Origin: Gammaproteobacteria bacterium
Lineage (GTDB): Bacteria > Pseudomonadota > Gammaproteobacteria > Eutrophobiales > Eutrophobiaceae
NCBI GenBank assembly: GCA_965243205.1
Contig: CBDEUK010000002.1
Span: 96,001-160,000, forward strand
Length of the DNA stretch: 64,000 nt
Direction: 5' to 3'
Position numbers and translations under genes: made by a program. Shown piece by piece: positions 45,419-54,336 of the stretch. The notes beneath the pieces were generated by a model. That model was not told where the DNA came from, did no database searches, and saw only the letters and a program-made list of their open reading frames with translations. Each line of letters begins with the position of its first letter. Position 1 is the first letter of the stretch.

Positions 45419-47758
45419 ATGGCGAATACACTCAAACGTTATACAAACTTTATTCTTAATCACCCCTTTTTAGTCATACTCATGAGTTTACTTATGATTG
45501 GATTAGTAGGCAGTGGTGGGAAACATTTGGAATTTAATACCAATTATCGAGTGTTTTTTTCGGATGCTAATCCGCAAATGGAAGCATTTGATCAAATAGA
45601 AAAAGTTTATATAAAAACAGACAACGTTCTTTTTACCATTAAAGCCAAAGAGGGCGATGTTTTTCAACCAAGGATTTTACAGTTAGTACAGGATTTAACA
45701 GCAGATGGTTGGAAATTACCTTACTCACAAAGAGTTGATTCGATCACTAATTTCCAACATTCGTATGCCGAAGGTGATGATCTAACAGTTTTAGATTTAG
45801 TTGAGGGTGATCCGAGTCAAAAGACTCAACAAGAATTAGATGAGTTAAAACAAATTGCTCTTAAAGAACCAATCCTCAGTGGTAAATTAATTAATAAACA
45901 AGCTACGGCAACAGGTGTTAATGTTTTAATTAACCTTCCACGTAAAAAAATGACTGAAGTACCAGAAGTTGCAGCAGCCGCACGTGAATTAGTTGCAAAG
46001 TATCAAGAGCTATATCCTGAAATAGAAATCCATCCTTCTGGAATGGTATTTATGAACAATGCGTTCATGGAAAATTCAATGCAGGATATGTCGAAATTAA
46101 TGCCGATGATGTTTGTTATGTTATTGGTTGTTATGGTTGTATTGGTTCGTTCTGTTTCAGCAACGTTTGCAACACTCATTATTATTATGTTTTCTGCGAT
46201 GGCTGCTATGGGCTTTGGTGGTTGGATGGGCTTCCCCTTAACTCCTCCATCGGCTTTAACTCCCACTATTGTCTTAACATTGGCCATCGCAGATTCTATT
46301 CATATCGTAGTTTCAGTTATAAAAGGGATGCATGCAGGATTGAGTAAACGAGACGCTCTTGTTGATTCAATGCGTATTAATTTTCAACCTATATTCTTAA
46401 CTTCAGTAACGACTATCATCGGTTTTTTAAGCCTTAACTTTTCGGATAGTCCTCCGTTTTGGCATTTAGGTAATATGACGGCGTTTGGTATTGGTGCTGC
46501 GTTTGTTTTCTCTGTCTTTTTATTACCTGCGTTATTAATGTTGTTACCACTTAATTTTAAACCGAGAAAAGAGAATGAATATGGCTTAATGGAACGTTTT
46601 GCAGACTTTGTTGTTAAGTTTAATCGTGCTTTATTAGTAGTATCAGTATTATTGACTGCATTGATAGGCTCAATGATTTCTAAAATAGAGATTAATGATC
46701 AATTCGTTCAATACTTTGATTATTCTATATCGTTCAGACCTGATACCGAATTCATGATGGAAAATCTAAGTGGTATATACACCTTCGAATATTCGGTACC
46801 TTCAAAAGGTCCTGAGCAAATTACACAGCCAGAATACCTCCAAAACCTTTCTGAGTTTACAGATTGGTTACGTACACAACCAGAAGTCGATCATGTATTT
46901 TCTATGTCAGATGTATTTAAACGTTTAAACAAAAATATGCATGCTGATGATGAAACGATGTATCGAATTCCAGATCGACAAGATATGGCTGCGCAATACT
47001 TATTACTCTATGAGTTTTCATTGCCATATGGTTTAGATTTAAATGATCGCGTTAACATCGATAAGAGTGCAACACGAGTAACCGTGACGATCAAAGATTT
47101 ATCAACCAAAGAAGGGCGTGCGTTTAAAGCACGTACAGAAAAATGGTTAGATGATAACGCTCCGAGTTATATGAAATCTGAAGCAACCAGTCCTGCGGTT
47201 ATGTTTTCATTCATATCTGAACGTAATATTAACTCAATGGTTCGCGGTAATATTTTATCCTTAGTGCTAATTTCCGGCATTATACTAGTTGCTTTAAGAA
47301 GTTTTTCGATGGGGATTCTTTCATTAGTACCTAACCTTATGCCGCTAGTATTAGGCTTTGGTTTTTGGGGCATGTTAATTGGACAAATTAACATGGCAGT
47401 AGCATTTGCGTTTGCTGTGTGTCTTGGGATCATTGTGGATGATACGATCCATTTTCTTTCTAAATACATTCGTGCACGACGTGAAAAACATCTTGATGCA
47501 AGACAAGCGATTCGTTATGCCTTTCATACAGTTGGTTCGGCTTTATTTATGACAACAGTGATCTTAGTGGGTGGATTTATTGTATTAGCGCAATCAGGAT
47601 TCCAAATGAATTCATATCTGGGTTTATTAGTTGGAATAGTCATTAGCTCGGCATTATTCCTCGATTTTTTATTATTACCTCCATTATTAATTTTAATTGA
47701 AGATATACGTAATTATTTTAAAAAGGGTGTACAAAATGAAGCACTACAAAATACATAA
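45419..47758 (+). CDS. MMPL/RND-family exporter
   Basis: LAIADSIH, TSVTTIIGFLSL, LGIIVDDTIHF; two-repeat TM architecture. Confidence 0.92.
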   Translation: MANTLKRYTNFILNHPFLVILMSLLMIGLVGSGGKHLEFNTNYRVFFSDANPQMEAFDQIEKVYIKTDNVLFTIKAKEGDVFQPRILQLVQDLTADGWKLPYSQRVDSITNFQHSYAEGDDLTVLDLVEGDPSQKTQQELDELKQIALKEPILSGKLINKQATATGVNVLINLPRKKMTEVPEVAAAARELVAKYQELYPEIEIHPSGMVFMNNAFMENSMQDMSKLMPMMFVMLLVVMVVLVRSVSATFATLIIIMFSAMAAMGFGGWMGFPLTPPSALTPTIVLTLAIADSIHIVVSVIKGMHAGLSKRDALVDSMRINFQPIFLTSVTTIIGFLSLNFSDSPPFWHLGNMTAFGIGAAFVFSVFLLPALLMLLPLNFKPRKENEYGLMERFADFVVKFNRALLVVSVLLTALIGSMISKIEINDQFVQYFDYSISFRPDTEFMMENLSGIYTFEYSVPSKGPEQITQPEYLQNLSEFTDWLRTQPEVDHVFSMSDVFKRLNKNMHADDETMYRIPDRQDMAAQYLLLYEFSLPYGLDLNDRVNIDKSATRVTVTIKDLSTKEGRAFKARTEKWLDDNAPSYMKSEATSPAVMFSFISERNINSMVRGNILSLVLISGIILVALRSFSMGILSLVPNLMPLVLGFGFWGMLIGQINMAVAFAFAVCLGIIVDDTIHFLSKYIRARREKHLDARQAIRYAFHTVGSALFMTTVILVGGFIVLAQSGFQMNSYLGLLVGIVISSALFLDFLLLPPLLILIEDIRNYFKKGVQNEALQNT

Positions 47759-48575
47759 TTTTATTAGCACTACATTATTTGCTGCATTACTTTCTGCAAA
47801 TACCTATGCAGAAGTCAGTAAAGATGAATTAATTAAGGCCGGTAGTCCTGAAGAAATTGGTGAAGCTATCGCAGTTGAATTCGATAATCGTGATTTAGGT
47901 TTTGAAAGTCAGGTTTCAAAGATGCAAATGATTTTAAAAAATGCACACGGTGGTGAAAACCGTCGAGAAATGGAAGCTCGCATTTTTGAACGTCAACCAA
48001 GAGATATTGGCGACAAATCAATGTTAGTCTTTTTTAATCCACGTGATATCAATGGTACCGCATTAGTATCGCATGCCAATATCTTGGAAGCAGATGATCA
48101 GTGGTTATATTTACCTGCTGTGAAACGAGTAAAAAGGATTTCTTCTAAAAATAAATCGGGTCCTTTTGTGGGTTCCGAATTTGCTTATGAAGATATTACC
48201 GGTAACGAAGTTGGTAAATATGCTTGGCGTTATGATGGTTTAGAGCCTTGTCCTATTCTGGGAACAGAATGTTTTAAACTGACATCAACGCCTAAATACA
48301 AACATTCTGGATATACTAAACGAATCGTTTGGGTTGATACTGAAGAGTTTCGAGTCGATAGAATTGATTTTTATGATCGAAAGGATGAATTACTGAAAAC
48401 TCAAACATATCATTCTTATAGTGAATATTTAGATAAACATTGGCGTGCAGATAGTTGGAAAATGGTGAATCATCAAACAGGAAAAAGTACAGATTTGTTG
48501 TTTGAAAATTATCAGTTTAAAACAGGTTTGACAGATAAAGACTTTGATAAAGCAGCATTAAAACGTGTACGTTAA
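47736..48575 (+). CDS. Outer-membrane lipoprotein-sorting (LolA-like) protein
   Basis: F..P.DI.GT.L, DDQWLYLPA.KRVKRI, SGPF.GSEFAYED; ATG 47736 gives a signal peptide. Confidence 0.88.
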   Translation: MKHYKIHNFISTTLFAALLSANTYAEVSKDELIKAGSPEEIGEAIAVEFDNRDLGFESQVSKMQMILKNAHGGENRREMEARIFERQPRDIGDKSMLVFFNPRDINGTALVSHANILEADDQWLYLPAVKRVKRISSKNKSGPFVGSEFAYEDITGNEVGKYAWRYDGLEPCPILGTECFKLTSTPKYKHSGYTKRIVWVDTEEFRVDRIDFYDRKDELLKTQTYHSYSEYLDKHWRADSWKMVNHQTGKSTDLLFENYQFKTGLTDKDFDKAALKRVR

Positions 48576-49746
48576 ATCATTCATAATTTTTTTATTCCTT
48601 ATATTGCATACAGGAATTTCAATAGCCGGAGAACTCTCCGGCTTCATTGCAGCTGAACACAGACAATTTTTTTCGAGCGAACAATTTTCTGGACAAAAAG
48701 AGGGTTCTGTACCTTCATTAATTATAGAACCAGAATATATCAGTCGTTCCGAAAATGGTGACCATTCTTTCATAGCAAAATTATTTTACCGTTATGATCC
48801 AGTTGATGCTGAACGCTCGCACTTTGATGTGCGACAGGCTGATTGGACATATGCAAATAATGATTGGGAACTGCGTGTAGGTATGAGTCGTGTTTTTTGG
48901 GGAGTGATTGAATCGCGAAAGTTAGTTGATACCTTAAATCAAGTGGATGCTGTAGAAGACGTTGATGAAGAAGATAGATTGGGACAAGCCATGTTTCAAT
49001 TTGCGTCGTTTCACGATTGGGGAACACTTCGAGCTTTTTATTTACCGTATTTTCGTGAAAGGACTTTTCCTGGTCGTGAAGGTAGGTTACGACCTGCAGT
49101 TACTGTTGATGATGACGCGGCTCGTTATGAAGAGAATGCTGAAGAATGGTATCCAAATATTGCTTTACGTTATGAACATTATTTTGGTAATTGGGATATT
49201 GGTCTTGCGCAGTTTCATGGCACAGGAAGAGAACCTGTATTTCAATTTGAAAATGGCTTATTCGTTCCTTTTTATGAAACAATCAATCAAACATCGCTCG
49301 ATCTTCAATACACAAATGATGCTTGGTTAGTAAAACTAGAAAGTTTATATCGTGAAGGACAAGGCGATAGCTTTATCGCGTTATCAGGTGGTGTTGAATA
49401 TACCTTGTTTGGAATTTTTGAAACCGATCATGATTTAGGTTTGTTAGTTGAATATCATCATGATGGACGAGATGAAGAAGCACCTATAACATTTTTTGAT
49501 GACGATGTGTTTATTGGTTTTCGTTATGTGTTAAATAATATTTCTGATACTGAAATATTAGCCGGTGTGACTATGGATACTCGTGGTAATGGTAGTATTA
49601 GTGTTGTTGAAGCATCACATCGTATTAATGAACATTTAAAAATCGAAGCAGATGCCAGGATGTTTAATGGCATAGATTCAAATACTCAATTTGCTTTTTT
49701 AAATAATGATGACTTTGCGCAAATTAGATTGTCTTATTATTTTTAA
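48565..49746 (+). CDS. Outer-membrane beta-barrel protein
   Basis: Signal peptide; VFWGVIES..LVD..NQ.D, FRERTFPG..GRLR; C-terminal aromatic YYF. Confidence 0.8.
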   Translation: MYVKSFIIFLFLILHTGISIAGELSGFIAAEHRQFFSSEQFSGQKEGSVPSLIIEPEYISRSENGDHSFIAKLFYRYDPVDAERSHFDVRQADWTYANNDWELRVGMSRVFWGVIESRKLVDTLNQVDAVEDVDEEDRLGQAMFQFASFHDWGTLRAFYLPYFRERTFPGREGRLRPAVTVDDDAARYEENAEEWYPNIALRYEHYFGNWDIGLAQFHGTGREPVFQFENGLFVPFYETINQTSLDLQYTNDAWLVKLESLYREGQGDSFIALSGGVEYTLFGIFETDHDLGLLVEYHHDGRDEEAPITFFDDDVFIGFRYVLNNISDTEILAGVTMDTRGNGSISVVEASHRINEHLKIEADARMFNGIDSNTQFAFLNNDDFAQIRLSYYF

Positions 49747-49774
49747 TATTTTTTAGAAGGATAATTTAATTAAT

Positions 49775-50392
49775 ATGAATAAGAAGAAATTAAAAGATGC
49801 TGAGAAGTTATTTTTAAAAAAGCATCCTTTAGGTTTTGAGTCGCCTGACTTACAAGCTTTAGGCAAAAAACATAAAATGACTCAGATGATTGAGATGGCT
49901 CAAGAAAACTTTAAGAAAAAGAATTTTTCTGATTCATCTATCATTGCGGAATACATGGTCAAAATGGTCAGTCGTTCTTCAATGGTATCAATGTTTGAGA
50001 AACCAAAGTTTCGAGATACTGTTTATCAAGCAAGTGACGAAGAACGAGAGCAATTATCAAAAGGCCTAAAATCGTTTTTACATGGCAGTCAAAAAAGAGG
50101 ATTTGAAACACTAATTGATGTATTGCTTCCTTATAAACTGGCTAAGTGGTCATTAGTGACGGTGATTCCAAATTATTATAAACCAGATGATGAAGTGTTT
50201 ATTAAACCGACAACTGCAAAAGGGGTTATAGAATATTTCGAATTGAAAAATTTAACATACAAACCTCAACCCACTTGGGAGTTCTATGAGAATTATCGCG
50301 ATGTTATTTTATCAATGAGAGAACAAGTCGATGATTCCGTAGCACCTAATAATGCTGCGTTCTGTGGTTTTTTAATGATGAGTATGAATTAA
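49775..50392 (+). CDS. Conserved hypothetical protein
   Basis: 205-aa ORF with SD-like AGGA; no function recognised. Confidence 0.75.
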   Translation: MNKKKLKDAEKLFLKKHPLGFESPDLQALGKKHKMTQMIEMAQENFKKKNFSDSSIIAEYMVKMVSRSSMVSMFEKPKFRDTVYQASDEEREQLSKGLKSFLHGSQKRGFETLIDVLLPYKLAKWSLVTVIPNYYKPDDEVFIKPTTAKGVIEYFELKNLTYKPQPTWEFYENYRDVILSMREQVDDSVAPNNAAFCGFLMMSMN

Positions 50393-50404
50393 ACTACTTT
50401 TTAG

Positions 50405-50432
50405 TTGCATACGATTTTAACCTAACTATAAT
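50405..50432 (+). promoter_or_regulatory. Sigma70 promoter
   Basis: TTGCAT 50405-10, 16-bp spacer, TATAAT 50427-32. Confidence 0.65.
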
Positions 50433-50439
50433 CTCGCAT

Positions 50440-50545
50440 ACGGCTTTGGATGGAAGCCTGCCTCGCGAAAGCGTATGTACCATCTTTCTTAAAGCAAGCA
50501 ATTAGCTTGTATATCTTCTCAGGTCCAATAGCGAGTAGGCCCGAT
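50440..50545 (+). ncRNA. Candidate structured cis-regulatory RNA leader
   Basis: GC-rich island with CGC-GAAA-GCG hairpin, GATGG/CCATC, GCAAGC/GCTTGT and GCCTGCCTCGC/GCGAGTAGGC pairings. Confidence 0.5.
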
Positions 50546-50559
50546 TAAATAGAGACGAT

Positions 50560-50997
50560 ATGCAAATGAAAAATTCATCACTTCAATCCGAATCAATCAA
50601 TCTTTTACTAAGAGAAGCGAAACGATTACATCGAGCCGCTAAAGCTGAGTCTTTGCAATGCGCTTTGCCGGTTTTACGCAGATTAATTGCGAGTAATACT
50701 TTAAAAAACATTTCTTTAGTAGCATTACATAGAAAAAGAGAAATTATTCAACGTAAACATATCTTGAATATGTTGGCATATGAAGTCGGTTATAATAATT
50801 GGGCTGAATATAAACAAGAGATGATAGCGGGCAGAACAATAACAACAGAACATTACTCAATACTTCTTAAAAATACGGGATATCCAAACCAGTGGTTTTC
50901 TAATCTTAAGGAAGCAAAAGAATATGCTCGTATTAATGGAGGAAAGCCAATTCCTGTTGGTAATCAAGCTGTTGTTATTGTAGGAGAATCGGCTTAA
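50560..50997 (+). CDS. Hypothetical helical protein
   Basis: REAKRL..RKH.L..LA.E.GY..W pattern; function unknown. Confidence 0.75.
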   Translation: MQMKNSSLQSESINLLLREAKRLHRAAKAESLQCALPVLRRLIASNTLKNISLVALHRKREIIQRKHILNMLAYEVGYNNWAEYKQEMIAGRTITTEHYSILLKNTGYPNQWFSNLKEAKEYARINGGKPIPVGNQAVVIVGESA

Positions 50998-51182
50998 ATA
51001 TTATTTATATGACAAATAAGTTTGTAATTTAATTGTATTAATTTAGCAAGAATCGGGTCGAACTCTAAGAACAAAATTTATAAAGTGTTCTCTTAATAAC
51101 AAATTTAGGATACTTAATCATATATTTGCTCAATGTTAGTCGATGGTGGTGTATCGATTAATAAAACGTAAGAGAACCTATA

Positions 51183-52031
51183 ATGGCTGATCAAGAAAAT
51201 ACTAACTATTATCGCATTGCTCAGGCGATTGCATATATTGAAAAGTATTTTAAAGAACGGCCCTTATTAGATGACATTGCTGCCGAAATTGGTCTTAGTC
51301 CTTTTCATTTCCAACGTTTATTTACTGAATGGGCGGGAGTCAGCCCAAAAAAATTCATGCAATACCTAAGTATTGAATACGCTAAGAATCTATTGAAAAA
51401 TGAACAGGCAACATTATTAGACACTGCTTATAAAACTGGTTTATCCAGTACAGGTCGCTTGCATGATTTATTTGTCAGTATCGAAGGAATGACACCTGGT
51501 GAATTTAAAAATGGCGGCGAGAAACTCACCATCAATTATTGTTTTGCAGAAAGTCCATTTGGTAAAATGATTGTGGCTTCAACTGAAAAAGGAATTTGTC
51601 ATATGTTTTTCAATGATAATGAAGAGCAGGCATTATCCGACCTTAAACAACGTTTCCCAAATGCACAATACCATCAGCTTCATGATAAGTTTCAACAAGA
51701 TGCACTGTTTATTTTTCAAAAAGACTGGAAACAGCTCGATCAAATTAAATTGCATTTAAGAGGTACAGAGTTTCAGCTAAAAGTCTGGGAAACGCTACTA
51801 AAAATTCCAATGGGTAAATTAACTACCTATGGCAGTATTGCTGAACAAATCGCTAGACCAACAGCTTCGCGGGCAGTTGGTACTGCCATAGGATGTAATC
51901 CTGTGGCATTTCTTATTCCTTGTCATAGAGTGATTCAAAGTAGCGGTAAAATCGGTGGTTATATGTGGGGCAATATTCGTAAATCAGCCATGATAGGCTG
52001 GGAAGCATCAATAATAGATAAGCAAAAATAA
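51183..52031 (+). CDS. Ada-like bifunctional AraC-HTH / O6-methylguanine-DNA methyltransferase
   Basis: LSPFHFQRLF..WAGVSPK; GTEFQLKVW, RAVG.A, NP..FLIPCHRV. Confidence 0.93.
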   Translation: MADQENTNYYRIAQAIAYIEKYFKERPLLDDIAAEIGLSPFHFQRLFTEWAGVSPKKFMQYLSIEYAKNLLKNEQATLLDTAYKTGLSSTGRLHDLFVSIEGMTPGEFKNGGEKLTINYCFAESPFGKMIVASTEKGICHMFFNDNEEQALSDLKQRFPNAQYHQLHDKFQQDALFIFQKDWKQLDQIKLHLRGTEFQLKVWETLLKIPMGKLTTYGSIAEQIARPTASRAVGTAIGCNPVAFLIPCHRVIQSSGKIGGYMWGNIRKSAMIGWEASIIDKQK

Positions 52032-52187
52032 CCTGTGTTTCTAATAACAATCTCAATAAGTTAAAGCAATTCTGCTTATTCCATAAGAATGAATTTCTAT
52101 GAAGTATAAGTAATTGCTATATTAAGAGTTTTCTCGTTATAATACGCGCATTAGCAGCAAGGACGGATTGAGCGTAACGGAATGAAT

Positions 52188-52277
52188 AAAGCCCATTATG
52201 GGCTTTTTTTATTGCTGAAATTCCTACCAGGAAAGTAGGGCTGTTTTTTGAAAAAATGGGCTTTGAGCCCATTTTTT
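52188..52277 (+). promoter_or_regulatory. rimP leader hairpins
   Basis: AAAGCCCAT-T-ATGGGCTTT plus T-run; CCTAC/GTAGG; AAAAAATGGGCT-TTG-AGCCCATTTTTT. Confidence 0.65.
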
Positions 52278-52307
52278 ATTTATAAAGTAACGTTTTATAT
52301 AGGCAAA

Positions 52308-52766
52308 ATGATTCGACAAAACCCAAACTTGACCAAATTAGTACAACCAGTGGTTGAGGGATTAGGTTTCGAATTATGGGGATTGGAGTATTTGCCGCAA
52401 TCCAAACCGGCTATTTTGAGAGTATACATTGATGGCCCTGATGGCGTTGACGTGAATGATTGTCAGAAGGTTAGTCAGCAGTTAGTTGGCGTGCTGGATG
52501 TGGAAGATCCTATTCCTTCCGCATATAACTTGGAGGTGTCATCTCCAGGAATTGATCGAGTTTTATTTACACTTGAACAATGTGAACGATTTATTGGAAG
52601 TGAAGTGGCAGTACGATTATCTCGCAAGCACGAAGGTCGTCGGCGTTTTAAAGGTACTATTTTGAGTGTGACGGATACTTCATTATCGATATTGGATAAT
52701 GCTGAGGAATTTGCTTTGCCAGTCGATTCCATCGATTTAGTACGATTAACACTGGAAAATATTTAA
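52308..52766 (+). CDS. rimP: Ribosome maturation factor RimP
   Basis: LRVYID, DC..VS, DVEDPI..Y.LEVSSPG.DR; ATG 52308. Confidence 0.96.
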   Translation: MIRQNPNLTKLVQPVVEGLGFELWGLEYLPQSKPAILRVYIDGPDGVDVNDCQKVSQQLVGVLDVEDPIPSAYNLEVSSPGIDRVLFTLEQCERFIGSEVAVRLSRKHEGRRRFKGTILSVTDTSLSILDNAEEFALPVDSIDLVRLTLENI

Positions 52767-52824
52767 ACAGATCTTTTATTAAGACATTAAATTTTAATTT
52801 GGACAAACTGAAGATTTTGACATT

Positions 52825-54333
52825 ATGAATAAAGAAATTCTTACCGTTGTGGATGTTGTTTCGAATGAGAAAGGCGTTAGCAAAGAAATTATCTTTGAAG
52901 CCATTGAGGCGGCGTTGGCCACTGCGACTAAAAAACGTAACCGTGAAGACATAGAAGCAAGAGTCAATATTGATCGTGAGACGGGCGATTACGATACTTT
53001 TCGTCGTTGGGAAGTGATTGAAGACGAAGAAGAAGTCGAATTTCCTACCCGCCAAGTCCATTTAAAAGATGCTAAAGAATCTGATCCAAGTATCGAGGTT
53101 GGTGGCTTTATTGAAGAACCATTACCATCTATTGAGTTCGGACGGATTGCTGCACAAACCGCAAAACAAGTGATTGTGCAAAAAGTACGTGAAGCAGAAC
53201 GTAAGAAAGTCGTTGAAGCTTATGAAGACCAAGTTGGAAGCATGGTCAGTGGTGTGGTTAAACGTGTTGATCGTGGGAATGTGATATTAGACTTGGGTAG
53301 TAATGCAGAAGCAATTATTCCTCGTGATCAAATGATTCCTCGAGAATTAGTTCGTGCTGGTGATCGTATCCGCGGTTATTTAAGTGAAGTTCGTCCCGAT
53401 GCAAAAGGTCCACAATTATTCTTAAGTCGTACATCTCCAAAATTATTAATCGAATTATTTGAATTAGAAGTACCTGAAATTAATGAAGGTTTAATTGAAG
53501 TATTAAATGGAGCGCGTGACCCAGGTTCTCGAGCCAAGATTGCTGTTAAAGCAAACGATCCACGAATTGATCCTATTGGAGCTTGTGTGGGTATGCGTGG
53601 TTCTCGTGTCCAAGCAGTCTCTAATGAATTAGGTGGTGAACGTGTTGATATTATCCTCTGGGATGATAACCCAGCCCAGTTTGTGATTAATGCGATGGCG
53701 CCTGCTGAGGTACTGTCTATTTTAGTTGATGAAGATTCGCAAACTATGGATGTTGCTGTCGCCGAAGATAACCTTTCGCAAGCAATCGGTCGCGGTGGAC
53801 AAAACGTTAAGTTAGCCAGTGAATTAACCGGCTGGGAACTCAATGTCATGTCGACGGAACAAGCCGAACAAAAGAACGAAGAAGAAGCGCAAAAAATTCA
53901 AGCTGTGTTTATGGAACATCTTGATGTCGATGAAGAGATTGCAACTATTCTTGTTCAAGAAGGTTTTTCTAGTGTAGAAGAAGTCGCTTACGTACCTGAA
54001 AGCGAAATGATGAATATTGAAGAGTTTGATGCTGACTTAGTGAATGAACTTCGTGAGCGTGCTCGTGATGTAATGTTAACACGAGCAATAGCCAGTGAAG
54101 AAAAACTCGATGACAAAAAGCCAGCAGAAGATTTACTAACAATGGATGGCATGGAAGAAGCCTTAGCCTATCAATTAGCTAGTAAAAACATTATCACTAT
54201 GGATGACTTAGCAGAACTATCGGTCGATGAATTAATGGAAATTGAAGGTATGACTGAAGAGCGTGCGGGCAAACTCATTATGACTGCTCGAATACCTTGG
54301 TTCGAAGAAGCAGAGCAAGAAGGAGGAGCGTAA
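52825..54333 (+). CDS. nusA: Transcription elongation factor NusA
   Basis: [45 protein letters not shown]. Confidence 0.99.
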   Translation: MNKEILTVVDVVSNEKGVSKEIIFEAIEAALATATKKRNREDIEARVNIDRETGDYDTFRRWEVIEDEEEVEFPTRQVHLKDAKESDPSIEVGGFIEEPLPSIEFGRIAAQTAKQVIVQKVREAERKKVVEAYEDQVGSMVSGVVKRVDRGNVILDLGSNAEAIIPRDQMIPRELVRAGDRIRGYLSEVRPDAKGPQLFLSRTSPKLLIELFELEVPEINEGLIEVLNGARDPGSRAKIAVKANDPRIDPIGACVGMRGSRVQAVSNELGGERVDIILWDDNPAQFVINAMAPAEVLSILVDEDSQTMDVAVAEDNLSQAIGRGGQNVKLASELTGWELNVMSTEQAEQKNEEEAQKIQAVFMEHLDVDEEIATILVQEGFSSVEEVAYVPESEMMNIEEFDADLVNELRERARDVMLTRAIASEEKLDDKKPAEDLLTMDGMEEALAYQLASKNIITMDDLAELSVDELMEIEGMTEERAGKLIMTARIPWFEEAEQEGGA

Positions 54334-54336
54334 TTC

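Noticed and set aside
52140-52210. tRNA upstream of rimP
   Set aside because: No cloverleaf, GTTCRA or CCA signature
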